From contig JAQFVV010000007.1 in assembly GCA_028023455.1 (NCBI GenBank), positions 14,198,001-14,262,000 on the forward strand: a stretch of DNA of 64,000 nucleotides. Direction: 5' to 3'. The notes under the pieces are model-generated. The model saw only the letters and a program-made list of their open reading frames with translations. It was not told where the DNA came from and did not search any database. Every line of letters starts with the position of its first letter. Position 1 is the first letter of the stretch. The position numbers were made by a program, and so were the translations under genes. Positions 49,851 to 62,163 of this stretch are shown piece by piece. The stretch comes from Epiperipatus broadwayi (taxonomy: Eukaryota; Animalia; Onychophora).

Positions 49851-52789
49851 TTTTATATTTCTAAACATTATACATTTGATGAGTAGTAAAAATCATTTAT
49901 GTTTAATTAAAAATTATTAATATTTAATAAATATACATACAGTACAGTAAGCTTTTTTTATTATTTTGAGTGAATGTGAATAAGTGAACACACGCAATAA
50001 ATATATATGAAAATATGCTCCCTCAACTAATTATTAATAACTGCATTACTGTTTTTAATACTATAATTTCAATTTATATATGCATACTATATGCATAAAA
50101 AATTTGTTTTATGTATATACAAGAATATACCTACCCTATGTAAAGGCCAGTTTTTTTTTAATTGGTTGCTTTTACTATTTTTTTTTATAAATGTTACAAA
50201 AATGATATTCAAGATTTAATGCAAATTAAACAAAACATTTTAATAATATATAAATAAAAATGAGAACTATAAAAATTACATAATAGATTTTATCTGTTAT
50301 ATTTGATATGTGAGCATTATAAACAAACAGATATTCTGACAGTGTTGCTAAGAAGTATAAAAATTATGATTTGTTAATGATGAAATTACTTTGTTCATGC
50401 AAACATAATAGTTTTTTGTAATTGGTTATGAAGTTGATACCTTATGAAAAAACATTCATATATTCACCAATCAGACAACAGTAAAAATAGAGATTTTATA
50501 TATAGAGAGATAATAATGTTGAAAAATTATTATGCATTTACAGGCTAATAAATAACATATTTTATTGTAATCAGGTTTTATCAACAAAATGTGAAATATT
50601 ACATATAAAGTACCATGCATATGAAGGGAACTTGAAACAAAATATAATAATTATTATGGTTCCATTATGTCATATTGTAACAAAAGTTATTGGATTTCTC
50701 CATGCATTAATATGGATGATTAGCTATTTATCTGTTTGTATGCTTAAATGATATTTGAATAACCAATTTTGTTATGTACATATATGTAAGCGTGTCTATA
50801 CGCACTCATAAAAATTATTATTAATAATATTTTTCTTTACAATATTTTTTTGCTTCGATTAATTTTTCTTAGTCAACAATTTACGCATTAGTGATTTTCA
50901 TATGACAAGAAAATTAGATGTAGAAAGTTTAAATTTTGTAAAACAATTGTAAAGAATTTTCATGGTCATTCTTTTGAATATTTATTAATAGAGGTGGGAT
51001 TACTGAAACAATGACATTTTTTCGAATTATTGGCAATCCTTGCTTTGGAATAATTTCAATAACAAAAAAATTAAGATATTTTTATTAAAAAATGAATATA
51101 TTATAATTTATTTCTACAAATATCATTTTGTGTGTGTTTTTTTGTTTGATTTATATATTAGTATACTTAGGAATGGTGTGTGTATTGCTAACCCATAATA
51201 AACATATATATATATATATAGCAAATATGCTTATCCATAACTTTATCATAGAATATAGATATTAATTGCTGTTATGCAATAATCATAATACCCTTTTTTT
51301 TATTTTAACCCTATGAATATCAAAAATTTTGGCTACAAATGAAATTTCTTTTTATTTTTCGCGATCATATTTTAATTTTTAGTCTTTGGTCTCTATTTTC
51401 TTTTAAGTTCTTTCTTATACTTTTATACAATTTCTTAGCTGATATTTTACACTTGATTCTCTTATTTGTCAATAACATAAACTTCATGTGGTAATATTGC
51501 TTTTTATTATTTTATTTCCAATTTCTCTTTACAATATTTTTTTTATAGAATCATAGATATTTATTAATATTCTGCATACGTTCTTCTGAAAGATTATATT
51601 CCAGCCATATAAATATAAAACGTATCAATGATTTTAATGTGTTTATAAATAATTTTATGGCTTAAGAAATAAGTAATACCAAAAATTTAAATCTACCAAA
51701 TACTTTACTAAGATAATTCATAAAGAAGATTTCCCAAAAGTATTTGAATGAACTTATAAATTATGTCCCCCTTCTGTTATACCAATGCTAATTTATTTTT
51801 TTAGATAGAAGGCAATTATTATTTTATCTGACAAATCCTTTGTTTGTCAAAATAGATCAGCACTGGGATAACAAAAGGTGTGTCTATTTTCGGATTTAGT
51901 TAAAAAACGATTTTTTTATACATTTTGCTTTTAATTATCTCAGTAATAAATTTGAATTTGTTTCATGAAATATATTTATATTCTTAGTGTTACATATATG
52001 GTGAGCCATAAAATAATTTACATGCTCAATAAAATCATTAATTTTCAATATAGATATTTCTAGGATTAAAAAACTTGTACATAAATATATATAAATTTGA
52101 TCAAGTGAAGTTTTCTCTGTTATATAAATATTTTTATCATTTTATAAATACTTATGAGTATTTATAATTATAAGAGCAATAAAAATAAATACTTAATAAT
52201 TCTGACATAAGAAGATTAAGTTAAATTGTTTTCAATAAAAATTTATTTACATCCACAATCACTAAAACTTATTATTGTTTAAATTTGTTTTTTAAACAAG
52301 TTCTTGGAGATATAAGACAAAGTGAGATTCATTTTCTTATCTATGTAGCTATACAGTCTACTAAGAATTTTTAATGCTGATTATACACTACTTGAAGGTA
52401 TCTTCACTTTTAATAAATTTTTATTTAGTTTTATACTTTTTTTAATATTGTAAATACATGTATAATCTATTATCATTATATGTTTACACTCTATACAAAT
52501 GTATAAAAACATAAAGTTTTATATTGATGTGAATGCTTTCATGGCATACAATGTTTTATAAGTCATGTTTTTGAGAACAACAGTGTTAAGTAAAATAGGG
52601 ACATTTCAACAATGTAACACTTACTTTCAACTGATTGAAAAATCTATAATAATCACATTTGTTGAATAGATTGACCTTAAATTTGGTACTATTTTTTTAA
52701 ATTTTATTCATTTCTATGAGAAAATTATTCCATACAATTGGTAATTTTATTGTTTCATTATGTTTGTTAATGCAATTTTTTATAAAAAA

Positions 52790-53780
52790 AAGTCCGCATC
52801 TTCTCTAAATATCCTTTGATAATAGGTGTTGCATGTAATATGATTTTAGTATTTGAGAAATCTATGCAATGACCATCTTGAACTTGGAGACCAAGTTCTG
52901 AAAGTGTTGAAAGAGCTTCTTCATTGTATTAATGTGCTCATCTTTTTTAGCATTTATATGTGAATTAGTCCTCCTATGTGTATGATTGGTTTATATCACA
53001 TGGGATCTCAGAGTGCTATTTATATTTTGTTCAGAAGAGAATGTATTTACATCATAGTGTCTCAGTTATTTTCCAATTTTGTCTTTGGTTCCTTTTACAT
53101 AAAAAATAGAAGCACATGCTTTTTTTTCTTCTTAGGGAAAGGGGACTGATTTGTACATGCTCCTATTTACAATGATTGTATTGTAACTGTTCATTAATAA
53201 GACATCACATATGTGTTTGATTTCTTTCTTAATGCACATACATTTATTTGGAAGTGACAAAGCCCTTGTGAAAAGGCATTTAGCTAAAGAAAAGCTTTGG
53301 ACTGGATTGCCTTTAGGTATCTGTTGATATATGTAAATTTGTTAGTTTTAGTAACAACAATATCAAGAAAAGGGGAAATTTCATTCTCCATTTCCATAGT
53401 GAATCATTTTGGAGGTATAAGTTATTAATATGTAATAAGAAGTTATTCAATTTTTACTTTCTATGTGACTAAGCAGCTAATGTGTCATTAATATATCTGA
53501 ACCAGATTGATATTGGTATAATGCTGGGTTTAAATCCTGTGTTTCAAATTCTTCCATGAAAAAGCATTGGTGATTGTATTGGGATTTCAATTTTTTCTTT
53601 GTAGAATAGACCATTGTAAATATATAAAAAAGTAATATAAAATAATGTTTAACTAATGAGATAATTTGATTCTGTAAATTGCAATGTTTAGAAGCTATAT
53701 CCAATATGTCATTCATTGGTATGTTAGTGAATAATGAAACAACATTAAAGCCCACAGAATATCATTTGATGTAATTTTAT
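52790..53780 (-). mobile_element. Decayed Penelope-like RT and linker
   Basis: FNVVSLFTNIP, FTMEMENEISPFLDIVV and FYVKGTKDKIG. Confidence 0.8.
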
Positions 53781-54221
53781 AAATTATTAATAATAGTTAG
53801 AAAGTGTGTTGTGTTTTTGTATAGGATTTTGTAGTAAATAATAGCTGTATTTGATTTGCTATATATTTTTCTAAGACCTGATTAAGTGATTCTATAGTAC
53901 TAACAATTAGATACAGTGGAAGATCTGTTTTATGTATTTTTGGTTAGGGCATATCGAGAATATTCCAACATTTGATAAAAATATCAAGTAACCTCTTGCA
54001 AAATTTAGCCTTCTATTTGCTCAAACCTGATATCAGGTGCTTAGAAAACCAGTTGATGTCACATTAAACATGGCATATCAGAATCTATTTAAAAGAGAAA
54101 TCAAGAAACAAATGTCAATGTCTGTATGTATTTTATGCAAATTAAATGTTTCAATTGTTTGCTGTTTTTTACTTATTACCTTTGTATAATAACTAATCTT
54201 TCTTATTGTATTGCCAAGTGT

Positions 54222-54495
54222 ATATGATATAATATTAAATCATCTATGCACTTTATTACTATTTCACAATACTTTAATTACCATCCTCTTTTACAGTTTC
54301 AATTGCCCCAGCTATCTTCTTCAGAACTTTCTTTATATATCATTTTCTTTCTTTTTTATAAGTTAAGTTTTGAAGATATAAAAAGAAAGTTCTGAAGAAG
54401 ATTGCTGGAGCAATTGAAACTGTAAAAGAGGGTGGTAATTAAAGCATTGTGAAGCAGTGATAATGTCCATAGATGGTTTAATATTATATTATTAC
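54222..54495. mobile_element. PLE-type foldback with divergent hammerhead motifs (family D)
   Basis: Arms about 54222-54340 and 54376-54495. Plus arm reads agttCTGAAGAagattgc-tgga-gcaattGAAACtGTAaaag (54388-54428); mirror copy at 54289-54328. Confidence 0.85.
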
Positions 54496-55408
54496 TTTTG
54501 TAATTAGTTGATGCACAACCTTTGGACATTCTTAAATATAATTTTTTTTTTCTTAATCTCTTCAACTGGAGTTAAATCTGCATTTATTTTCTATAATGTT
54601 ATATATTTTGTTATCTATTTAATATCATATTATGATTTCCACTTATTAAATTCACTTATGTCCATTGAATACTCAAGCATATAGTACATTACCTAAAATA
54701 ATATAAAGATAATTGGTGTTGGAATCATGTGATTAAAGATTTGATAAATGAAGTCATTTATATATATTTCATAAATCTGCACATTATTAACATAATGTCA
54801 ATTCTATATAATTACACATTTAAAATGACTTCATAATCTTAACTATTTTTAATTATTGCTATTATTTTTGTAATAAAAAGAAAATCACTATTAATTTGAT
54901 ACCTCTCATACCCCTCCCCCTCAAAAAAGCATGATCATTTTGATGCTTTCGTTTGATTCTTTACTGTTATTGTAACTGATTTTGGCATAGGATTTTTTTA
55001 AAATAACTTACATTCTTCCCTACTGCTTCTATTGATTATTTTAAGTGAAAAAAAATGAAGTCAGAATCTTATGAACTGTCAGCAAATATCAATAGTTCTT
55101 GTTCTATATTTCTCAAGGGGAAGATTTTTTTTAAAGGTATTATTTCATTCTTGACCCTGTAACAGCATCACCTGTGAAAACTGGCTTGAAGTTAAAACAT
55201 TTTGAAATATTTTAATAATTATAAAGCAAATATCATATTTCAAAGCAGAATTTGTTACATTTATTACATATCTACATTCATTCATTTACATTTTTTTAAA
55301 AAAAATAAATAAATAAAAAGGAATTCATTCATTTTCTGAAAGAGTGCTTAAACTAATATCATTGGTGGTGTTTACACATTTTTTCTTATTTACAAATTAC
55401 TTTTTAAG

Positions 55409-55552
55409 GTACTGTTCTATTAGCCAGTGTCAGCCTCTTGATGGTGTTATTTATATGCTGTTTATGCAGCTGCTGTGCAACAAAACTCAACCAAATAGAC
55501 ACAACTTTTTTTCTGTTATAACTAATGGTTTGCTTTGTCTTGTGCAGTTTGT
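55409..55552 (+). CDS. Candidate host exon encoding a transmembrane helix with a Cys-rich segment
   Basis: After tttttaag it reads (G)TVLLASVSLLMVLFICCLCSCCATKLNQIDTT, and a gtgagt donor follows at 55553. Staying open to the donor needs +1 T in a 7-T run. Confidence 0.33.
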
Positions 55553-55844
55553 GTGAGTGCACATAACTCTATATTTTACCAATGTTAACACTTCGCTATC
55601 ATATCATTTCAGGGTAGGTGGATTTAAAGTTTGCAGAACTCTTGCAATCTGCATTCAAAAGTAATTACAGTACAACTTAAATAGTGTACTATTAAAAAGT
55701 AATAATTATAAGCCCATTACCCACTCCCAAACATAACATGTAAGGTGTAAATAATTAGAAAATGTTACAGGAAACCACAATTTCATTGTTTTCCTGAAAA
55801 AAGTCATAGTTTGCAAGAACACCTACATTAATTAAAAGGTCAAT

Positions 55845-56912
55845 CTGTAAAATTTCTCATAGTTATATAGAGACAATAAGAAATTGTAAAAATAAATACA
55901 TTTTTTATTAATCTTCCAAAAAATAAAAAAACAATAACCAATCGAGTTGGAAATTACTAATCATTATTAATAGGTGTGCCATTAATGTACATACCTTAGT
56001 CACATATTCTTTCAAATATAGGTATTGTAAACAATAAATAATTATTCATTTTCATTTTTCAAAAATGTCCCAAAAATGTTAAATACATTTCAGTAATTAA
56101 AGCATTATCATTTTTTTCCAATATGATGCAGTTAGTTATCTCTCAAGCAAGGAGGGGGGATTTTTGCTGGCAGTGGTGTACATCGGAACCATTAATTCTA
56201 CTCTAATAGAATATTTGCAATAATGTATGTCAGTTTGTATGTTTTAATTATTGTGGATGTGAAAAGGCATACCATCTGCCCTACATTGCAGGACTAAGAT
56301 GAAATATGTAGGTACTTGTAATTAAAGGTTTAAATTTTGTATCATAAAATTGTTATGGAATAAATTTTAGTCATTGATTAAGGAAATCAATGAATTACAT
56401 TAACCCATAGGATAAAATGTCTGACTGTAAAATTTCTCATAGTTCTATCCAGAGACCCAAAGAAATTGACAAAAGAATACATTTATTAATCTTAACAAAA
56501 AAGAAACAATAACCATTCGAGTTGGAAATTATTAATTGTTATTAATAAGTGTGCCATTAATATCCATACATAACTTCTTTCAAAGATAGCTATTGTAATA
56601 AATAAATAATTTTCCTTTTCAAAAATTACAAAAAAAAGTAAAATACAGTTCAGTAATTAAAGCATTATCATTTCTTCCACCACGATGTAATTAGTTATCT
56701 CTCAAGCAATGATAGTAAACATTGTAAAGTTTGCAGGGAGGGTGAATGCTGGTTTTTCCAGTGCTGGCATACATGGGTAATTATACTATAACATAATAAT
56801 TGCAATAATGTGTGTTAATTATTATTTCACAAACAACGGGATGGGCCCTATAACATTATATTTCTGTGTTTTTGCACAGCAACAATGCCATCAAGAGGCT
56901 TACACCGGCTAG
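55845..56912 (+). mobile_element. Tandem ~580-bp duplication ending in a Helitron-like 3' terminus
   Basis: 55845-56235 is repeated at 56425-56815; ends gcc-atcaaga-ggc...CTAG followed by T. Confidence 0.45.
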
Positions 56913-57769
56913 TAGAATAGTATCATTTTTAAATATTTATAAATATCAAATATGAATGTTATTCATTTATAAAATTAAATTTAAAAAAAAAAACAATTTA
57001 TTGAGTTTTAATATAAAATAAAGATTTTATATGAAAGTAAAGGACTGCACATTTTCAAAAACCATCACCAGGTTTAACAATAGAAAATGTTAGAATTCCA
57101 AAGAGCTAATGAAGATTTTTAATCAAAAACTTAAACTAAAAACATATATTGTAACACAACTACCAAAGTTTGATTGATTACCAAGCTTGCCATCATTGAG
57201 CAACAAATGATAAATTTTTGCTCATACAAACATTTGTTATATAGAAACAGAGAAAGTTATATAAAGCTTTGCTATCAACATTACAGGTCATCGTATAAAC
57301 ATTTACTAGTCTTTCATAAGGTAATGATAAACAATATTTAAATAAACCATTTCAAGTAAATGATACCATCAATCAGTATTTTATAGCCTAGAAGCAAAAG
57401 CAAAGGCATGACCCACCTGACTTACTAACTATAAAGTGATGAGTATTGATATGTTATTTTATGCTCATTTCACCCACTAGCTAAAACAGTTAATACCAGT
57501 TTACCAAGATAGAAAATGGTTGACTGTATTTGGCATTGAAATAAAAATTCTAAGTCTGAATTGCATTCAGATAAATTTTTAAAGTGTATGCAGTTTATGT
57601 TTGAATCCAAGTTGTAGATATGGCAAGGTAAATGTTCTAAAACTGTAATCATGAAGCCCCTTCATTATGTTTTATATTCTAATATATAAGAAAATGTTGG
57701 AAAGATGACAACATATGTGGCACCATACATATAAATACAGAAATAAAAATAATTTATAAATATACTAGG

Positions 57770-57870
57770 CATGGTTTGATATAGTGATAGGGTACCAGAT
57801 CTAAAGTTCAATGCCTATGCAGTGTGGTGATTTCAGTCTTATGAACTCTCAAACAATAACCATTTGACCA
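57770..57870 (+). mobile_element. SINE family Q, degenerate copy
   Basis: tagtgatagggtaccagatctaaagttc...cttatgaactctcaaacaataaccattt. Confidence 0.5.
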
Positions 57871-58349
57871 TTTAAACTCTGCATGGTACTTAATGCAGTC
57901 CTGAAGTAGTGGATTCCTATGCTCAAGACCCATGGGTCATGGCTTCTGCAATCATTTTCCATAAATGAATTTCTTATAAACCTCAGAGTTATTGATAACT
58001 TTTATATATTATATATATATATAAATTTTTAATTAGAAACAATTTATCTCTTGATCTACTTTCTAAATGCTATTTTTATTGCATTTTTTTTTTGTTTTAG
58101 TAGAGAAGAAATACATTTTCAAATCATTATTTAACAAAAACAAACAAAGAAACAAAAATAATGTCCATAACAAAAAAAAATACACTTTTTAAAAAAGTAC
58201 TCATCTTAACTCAAAGCTGATTAAATTAAATTATGCTAAAAAATCATGTATATTTATTTATTGTAAGGTCACCTGCTTTGAGGTTATGTGCTGTTTGAGC
58301 ACCAAAGTAATACTCTGAGCCCAACAACTTCATGGTAATATTAAGAATA

Positions 58350-58460
58350 ATTGAATAATTTTATTGATTTGGAGTTCAAAAGCAGTTCACCCAGTGGAAG
58401 AGACAGAGTGGAATCATGATTATTAACTCTAAAGTCCAGAATCTATCACTCAACTAAGGC
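58350..58460 (-). mobile_element. SINE family Q, degenerate copy
   Basis: Minus strand: gagtgatagattctggactttagag...ttttgaactccaaatcaataaaattattc. Confidence 0.45.
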
Positions 58461-59799
58461 AGTAAATCAGGATGACAACATTTTTGTTCCTTTGATCAAA
58501 TTAGGATATTTTAATTTACTCCTCTCATTTGATCCTCTGACAATGTGACAGATTTGTATGTTCTTCCTGGTAAGAGCTATATAAGTTTAAATTTTTAATA
58601 TTTGATTTTAATATTATTAAAATTTAATAAATTAGACTTAATGTGGTAGAAAATTGCATTTACAAATGAAATACATTTTCAAAAAACCATATTTGAATTG
58701 GGAAATATTGAACAAGTATACTCATAACAAAATCAAGGAATAGTCTTGTCATTCATAATCACAAGCAGCTGATTGATTTTATAACATCAACAGACTTTTT
58801 TTATTATCAAATGTGTATGAATAGATAGCCAGTGCTGACATGTTAGCAATCAATTTGAAAAGGCATGTTTGCTTTGTTAACATTTAAAATAAAGGTGTAA
58901 TCAAGTACACTTTTAACTTTTAATAGTTATTACACAATTATGGTGCAAAAAATCATCACCAACCATACAAAAAAAATTAGTTTTTAATCATATGAAAAAT
59001 TTTCTTGAATTAATCTCACAAAGAACATAAAATCTGGTAACAAAGCTTGGCTAAATACTTTGAAGTCACATATTTTTGATTATCCTGATATTTTTATATT
59101 GTTTTTGAAATATATTTGAATTTCAACACTTTAAAAAAAATATTAGTGAGATATCTCAATAGGTGGCTATGTATGAGCAAATCAATTTCAATGGTTTTGC
59201 ATGATTTCTCCCTAAACATTCCTTACAATGATAAAACATCTGGTTAAATTCAATCCAGGAAACTATGATTTTTGCATATCCAAATTGATAACTATATTTT
59301 ATTTTTAGTGTCAGTATTACATCTGGATACAAACTTATTTTATAAAATAAGAAACAATTTTATTAGGCAATCATTATCGGCAAGCCATTCTTCAGCGCAA
59401 CATAAAGTAAGGCAGAATCTTCACAGATGTTCAACAAATAGCAGTTAATTAACAGGTGAGTAAACTCTACTTCTTCTATATCATGCCTGATGCCCTACAG
59501 AAAACTATTTAAATTGTGTTTTTGTGATCTTATTTAGAGAATCAAAAATATTTGTTATTGACAATACTAAAAAAGTTTTCAACATAGAGATTTAGATCAG
59601 AAATTCACCTCATTAACCCATTCACTCAATCTTGTTATTGGGATATAAATAAAATTTGGGGTTTTTAAAGCAACAACATAGTAGGTATTAAAATGGGTTG
59701 TTTTTGTTGGAAATAAACTGAATATTATAAGAAAATATGCCTGTGTTTGGAAAGAAAGGTTTTTAATAAATGTGTTTTACCAGATTTTACTCACAGATC

Positions 59800-60150
59800 A
59801 GAGACTTGGATACTTATCCGAAGAGGTAAGAAGTAACAAGAAGGGATTGAAAATAAAATCCATGGGTGAGAGACTAAACATATATTACTGACATCGTTGA
59901 AAGGATTAAGAGGCCTTAATGAAGCTGGGCTGGACATATTGCTAAAAGAAATGATAATCGGTTGTCAGTTGAAACCTTAAACTAATTGTAAAATACCTAG
60001 AAAGATACGTGTAAGAGAGATGGATGAAATAAGGAAGTTTGCTGATGTGATGTGGAGAAGAAAGGCTAGAAGTCAAAGAAACTGGATTAAACTTGGAAAG
60101 ACTTTCAATTGTTATTGGTTAAAAATGATAATGATGGTGTTGATGATGAC
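59800..60150 (+). mobile_element. RTE 3' fragment
   Basis: DIVERIKRP**SWAGHIAKR and DEIRK...WRR; gatgatgac tail; same family as 36560-37620. Confidence 0.75.
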
Positions 60151-60303
60151 TAAAGGGAAAAATAATAAATGATTGGTTCGTAAATTAGAAATTTTCATAA
60201 ATGTGTAATCAGTTGTTTAGAAGATCACGTTATTACAAGTGTCTACCTAAGTGTGTTTGTGTGCATTCATTTGATGTAACTGATTTTGTTTTACTATTTT
60301 CAG

Positions 60304-60368
60304 CTAGGAATCGATTTCGAACTGTTAGGTCTTTAAATGGCTATTATATGCTAAACTACACAGGATAA
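60304..60368 (+). CDS. Candidate terminal coding exon
   Basis: Branch-like taactgat and ttttactattttcag acceptor, then xRNRFRTVRSLNGYYMLNYTG*. Confidence 0.25.
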
Positions 60369-60379
60369 TCTGATAAATG

Positions 60380-60580
60380 ATAAGTAATAATAACAATCGA
60401 ATGGTTTCTTGCTTGGGCGATGCGTTGCACTGAAGTCCTCCTTTTTCGGAGCCAGGAATCTCTCAGCCGCTATGCCCAGAGAAAACTGTTAGTTCGTAAG
60501 AAGTTCAAATGCTACAAGTGAGAGTTAAAGAAGCTATGGGCCTTGAGATCCAAAGTCTGCTTGCTGTTCTACTACGGCGC
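60380..60580 (-). mobile_element. CpG-rich SINE family Q copy with a 73-nt structured insert
   Basis: Head gcgccgtagtag...gcagactttggatc (tRNA-Gln-like arm), core gaacttcttacgaact, tail cccaagcaagaaaccattcgatt. Confidence 0.7.
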
Positions 60581-61653
60581 AGATTTACAAAAAAATATAA
60601 AGAGATTACGCCATTCGTAAGACTGAAATAATTTTTTTTTGAAACCATTTGCAACATTTAGAAATATTAGCTTAAAGAATTTGCTTTTGGTATATATATC
60701 TATATGATTTAAAATAATTTTTTTTTTTTCAAATTATAGTTTGTTTTCTAATTTTCTACTTTAATTTCCTGATTTGCTTAAAGGGAAAGAAAACGTATCC
60801 ACCTGTTGCTTTATTGTAAAAAATGTGTTATTCCGAATTATCAAACCAATGGGATATTACTATTATTATCATATTGACTGGCATGTCTACGCTACCAATA
60901 ATTTTGCCAAAGGAAGGAGTTTCGTATTTGTATGCTGTAAATAAACACAGATTAAACTTGTTTAATAATTTTTTATTTACGTTTTTTAATTACTTTCACC
61001 TGTTCTTAATTTTAAAAAAATTGCCTGACGCATTCATTATCTTTAAAAATTATTTAATAAATTTTCAATTCTTGAAATAAGTTTGCTTTGAAAGCTGTTC
61101 CGTTGTATTACATATAATCCAATTATTATATACTTTTAAAATTATATGACTTAGAAAATTATAATATCATTTTAGTTTTCTTAAAATATATGTAATTTTA
61201 CAACTGTGGCATATACTTATATCTTCAATTATACTTCTTTATTATAATATTAAAAGAAGAACAAGATACAATTTAATACACGATTCTAGTTTTTCTTTTG
61301 TTAAAAAAAATGCGGTAAGACAACTTTAAAAAAAAATTATAGAAGAAATTATATATTTAAAAACAAAAGCAGGCTATTATGTTAGTAAGTTCAAAACAAT
61401 AAGGATTTTTTTTTTAATCAAATAGCCTTCATGCATAGTTTTTTTTTTAATAAACAAAGTTAAGATGCAGGTTCACACCTGAAACTTGAATTTTGAAACA
61501 AAAGAATAAAATAGGATTTCCAAAAAAAAAATAATAATAATAAATAAAATTTAAAAGCAAAAATTGGCAAAAGTATCATTTCGTATTTATCCAAATTTAT
61601 TAATAAATAAATACTTTTATTATTTGCCAGAAAGTTTATGATGGTATTTTAGA

Positions 61654-62163
61654 TGTGATAATATGTTGGACTATTTCCATCATCTATCATTTAATGTTGA
61701 ATGTATAAAAAATTTAAAATTTATTTAAACTTCTCAAATACAAACAAATAAACAACACAGGCTAGTAATTACACCGTTTCGAGTAGTATTATTCTCCACT
61801 CTTCTTCAAATGTTGCTAATATTAATCTAGGAATCGAACTTACATCTGTATATTCATGGTTATCTGTTGCCTTTGACAGAGTAACTCAGTTGATTAGAGC
61901 GTTGCCTTAAAATTCGATATTCAAGAATCTGATGATATACGTTCGACTCTAATGATAATATCTTTTCTGATCTGGTCAGCAACACCTGCAGAAGTGTGAA
62001 GGATCATACTACTTGAAACGTTGTGTAATTAGCAGTGTTATCTACATGTGTGTAATTACTAACAAATTTTTTTTGTATTTGAAAAGTTTAAATAAAATTT
62101 AAATTTTTTTATACATTCAACATTTAATGAAAGATGATTGAAATAATCCAAGTATTATCACAT
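61654..62163. mobile_element. Family C foldback (divergent tRNA-like + hammerhead arms), best-preserved locus
   Basis: Arms about 61654-61855 (minus) and 61862-62163 (plus). A-box taactcagttga, B-boxes gttcgactc and gttcgattcc. Hammerheads at 61771-61815 (minus) and 61980-62026 (plus). Confidence 0.85.

Noticed and set aside
59318-59456. Exon-like segment with a strong gtgagt donor
   Set aside because: All frames stop before the donor and no homology was recognised.
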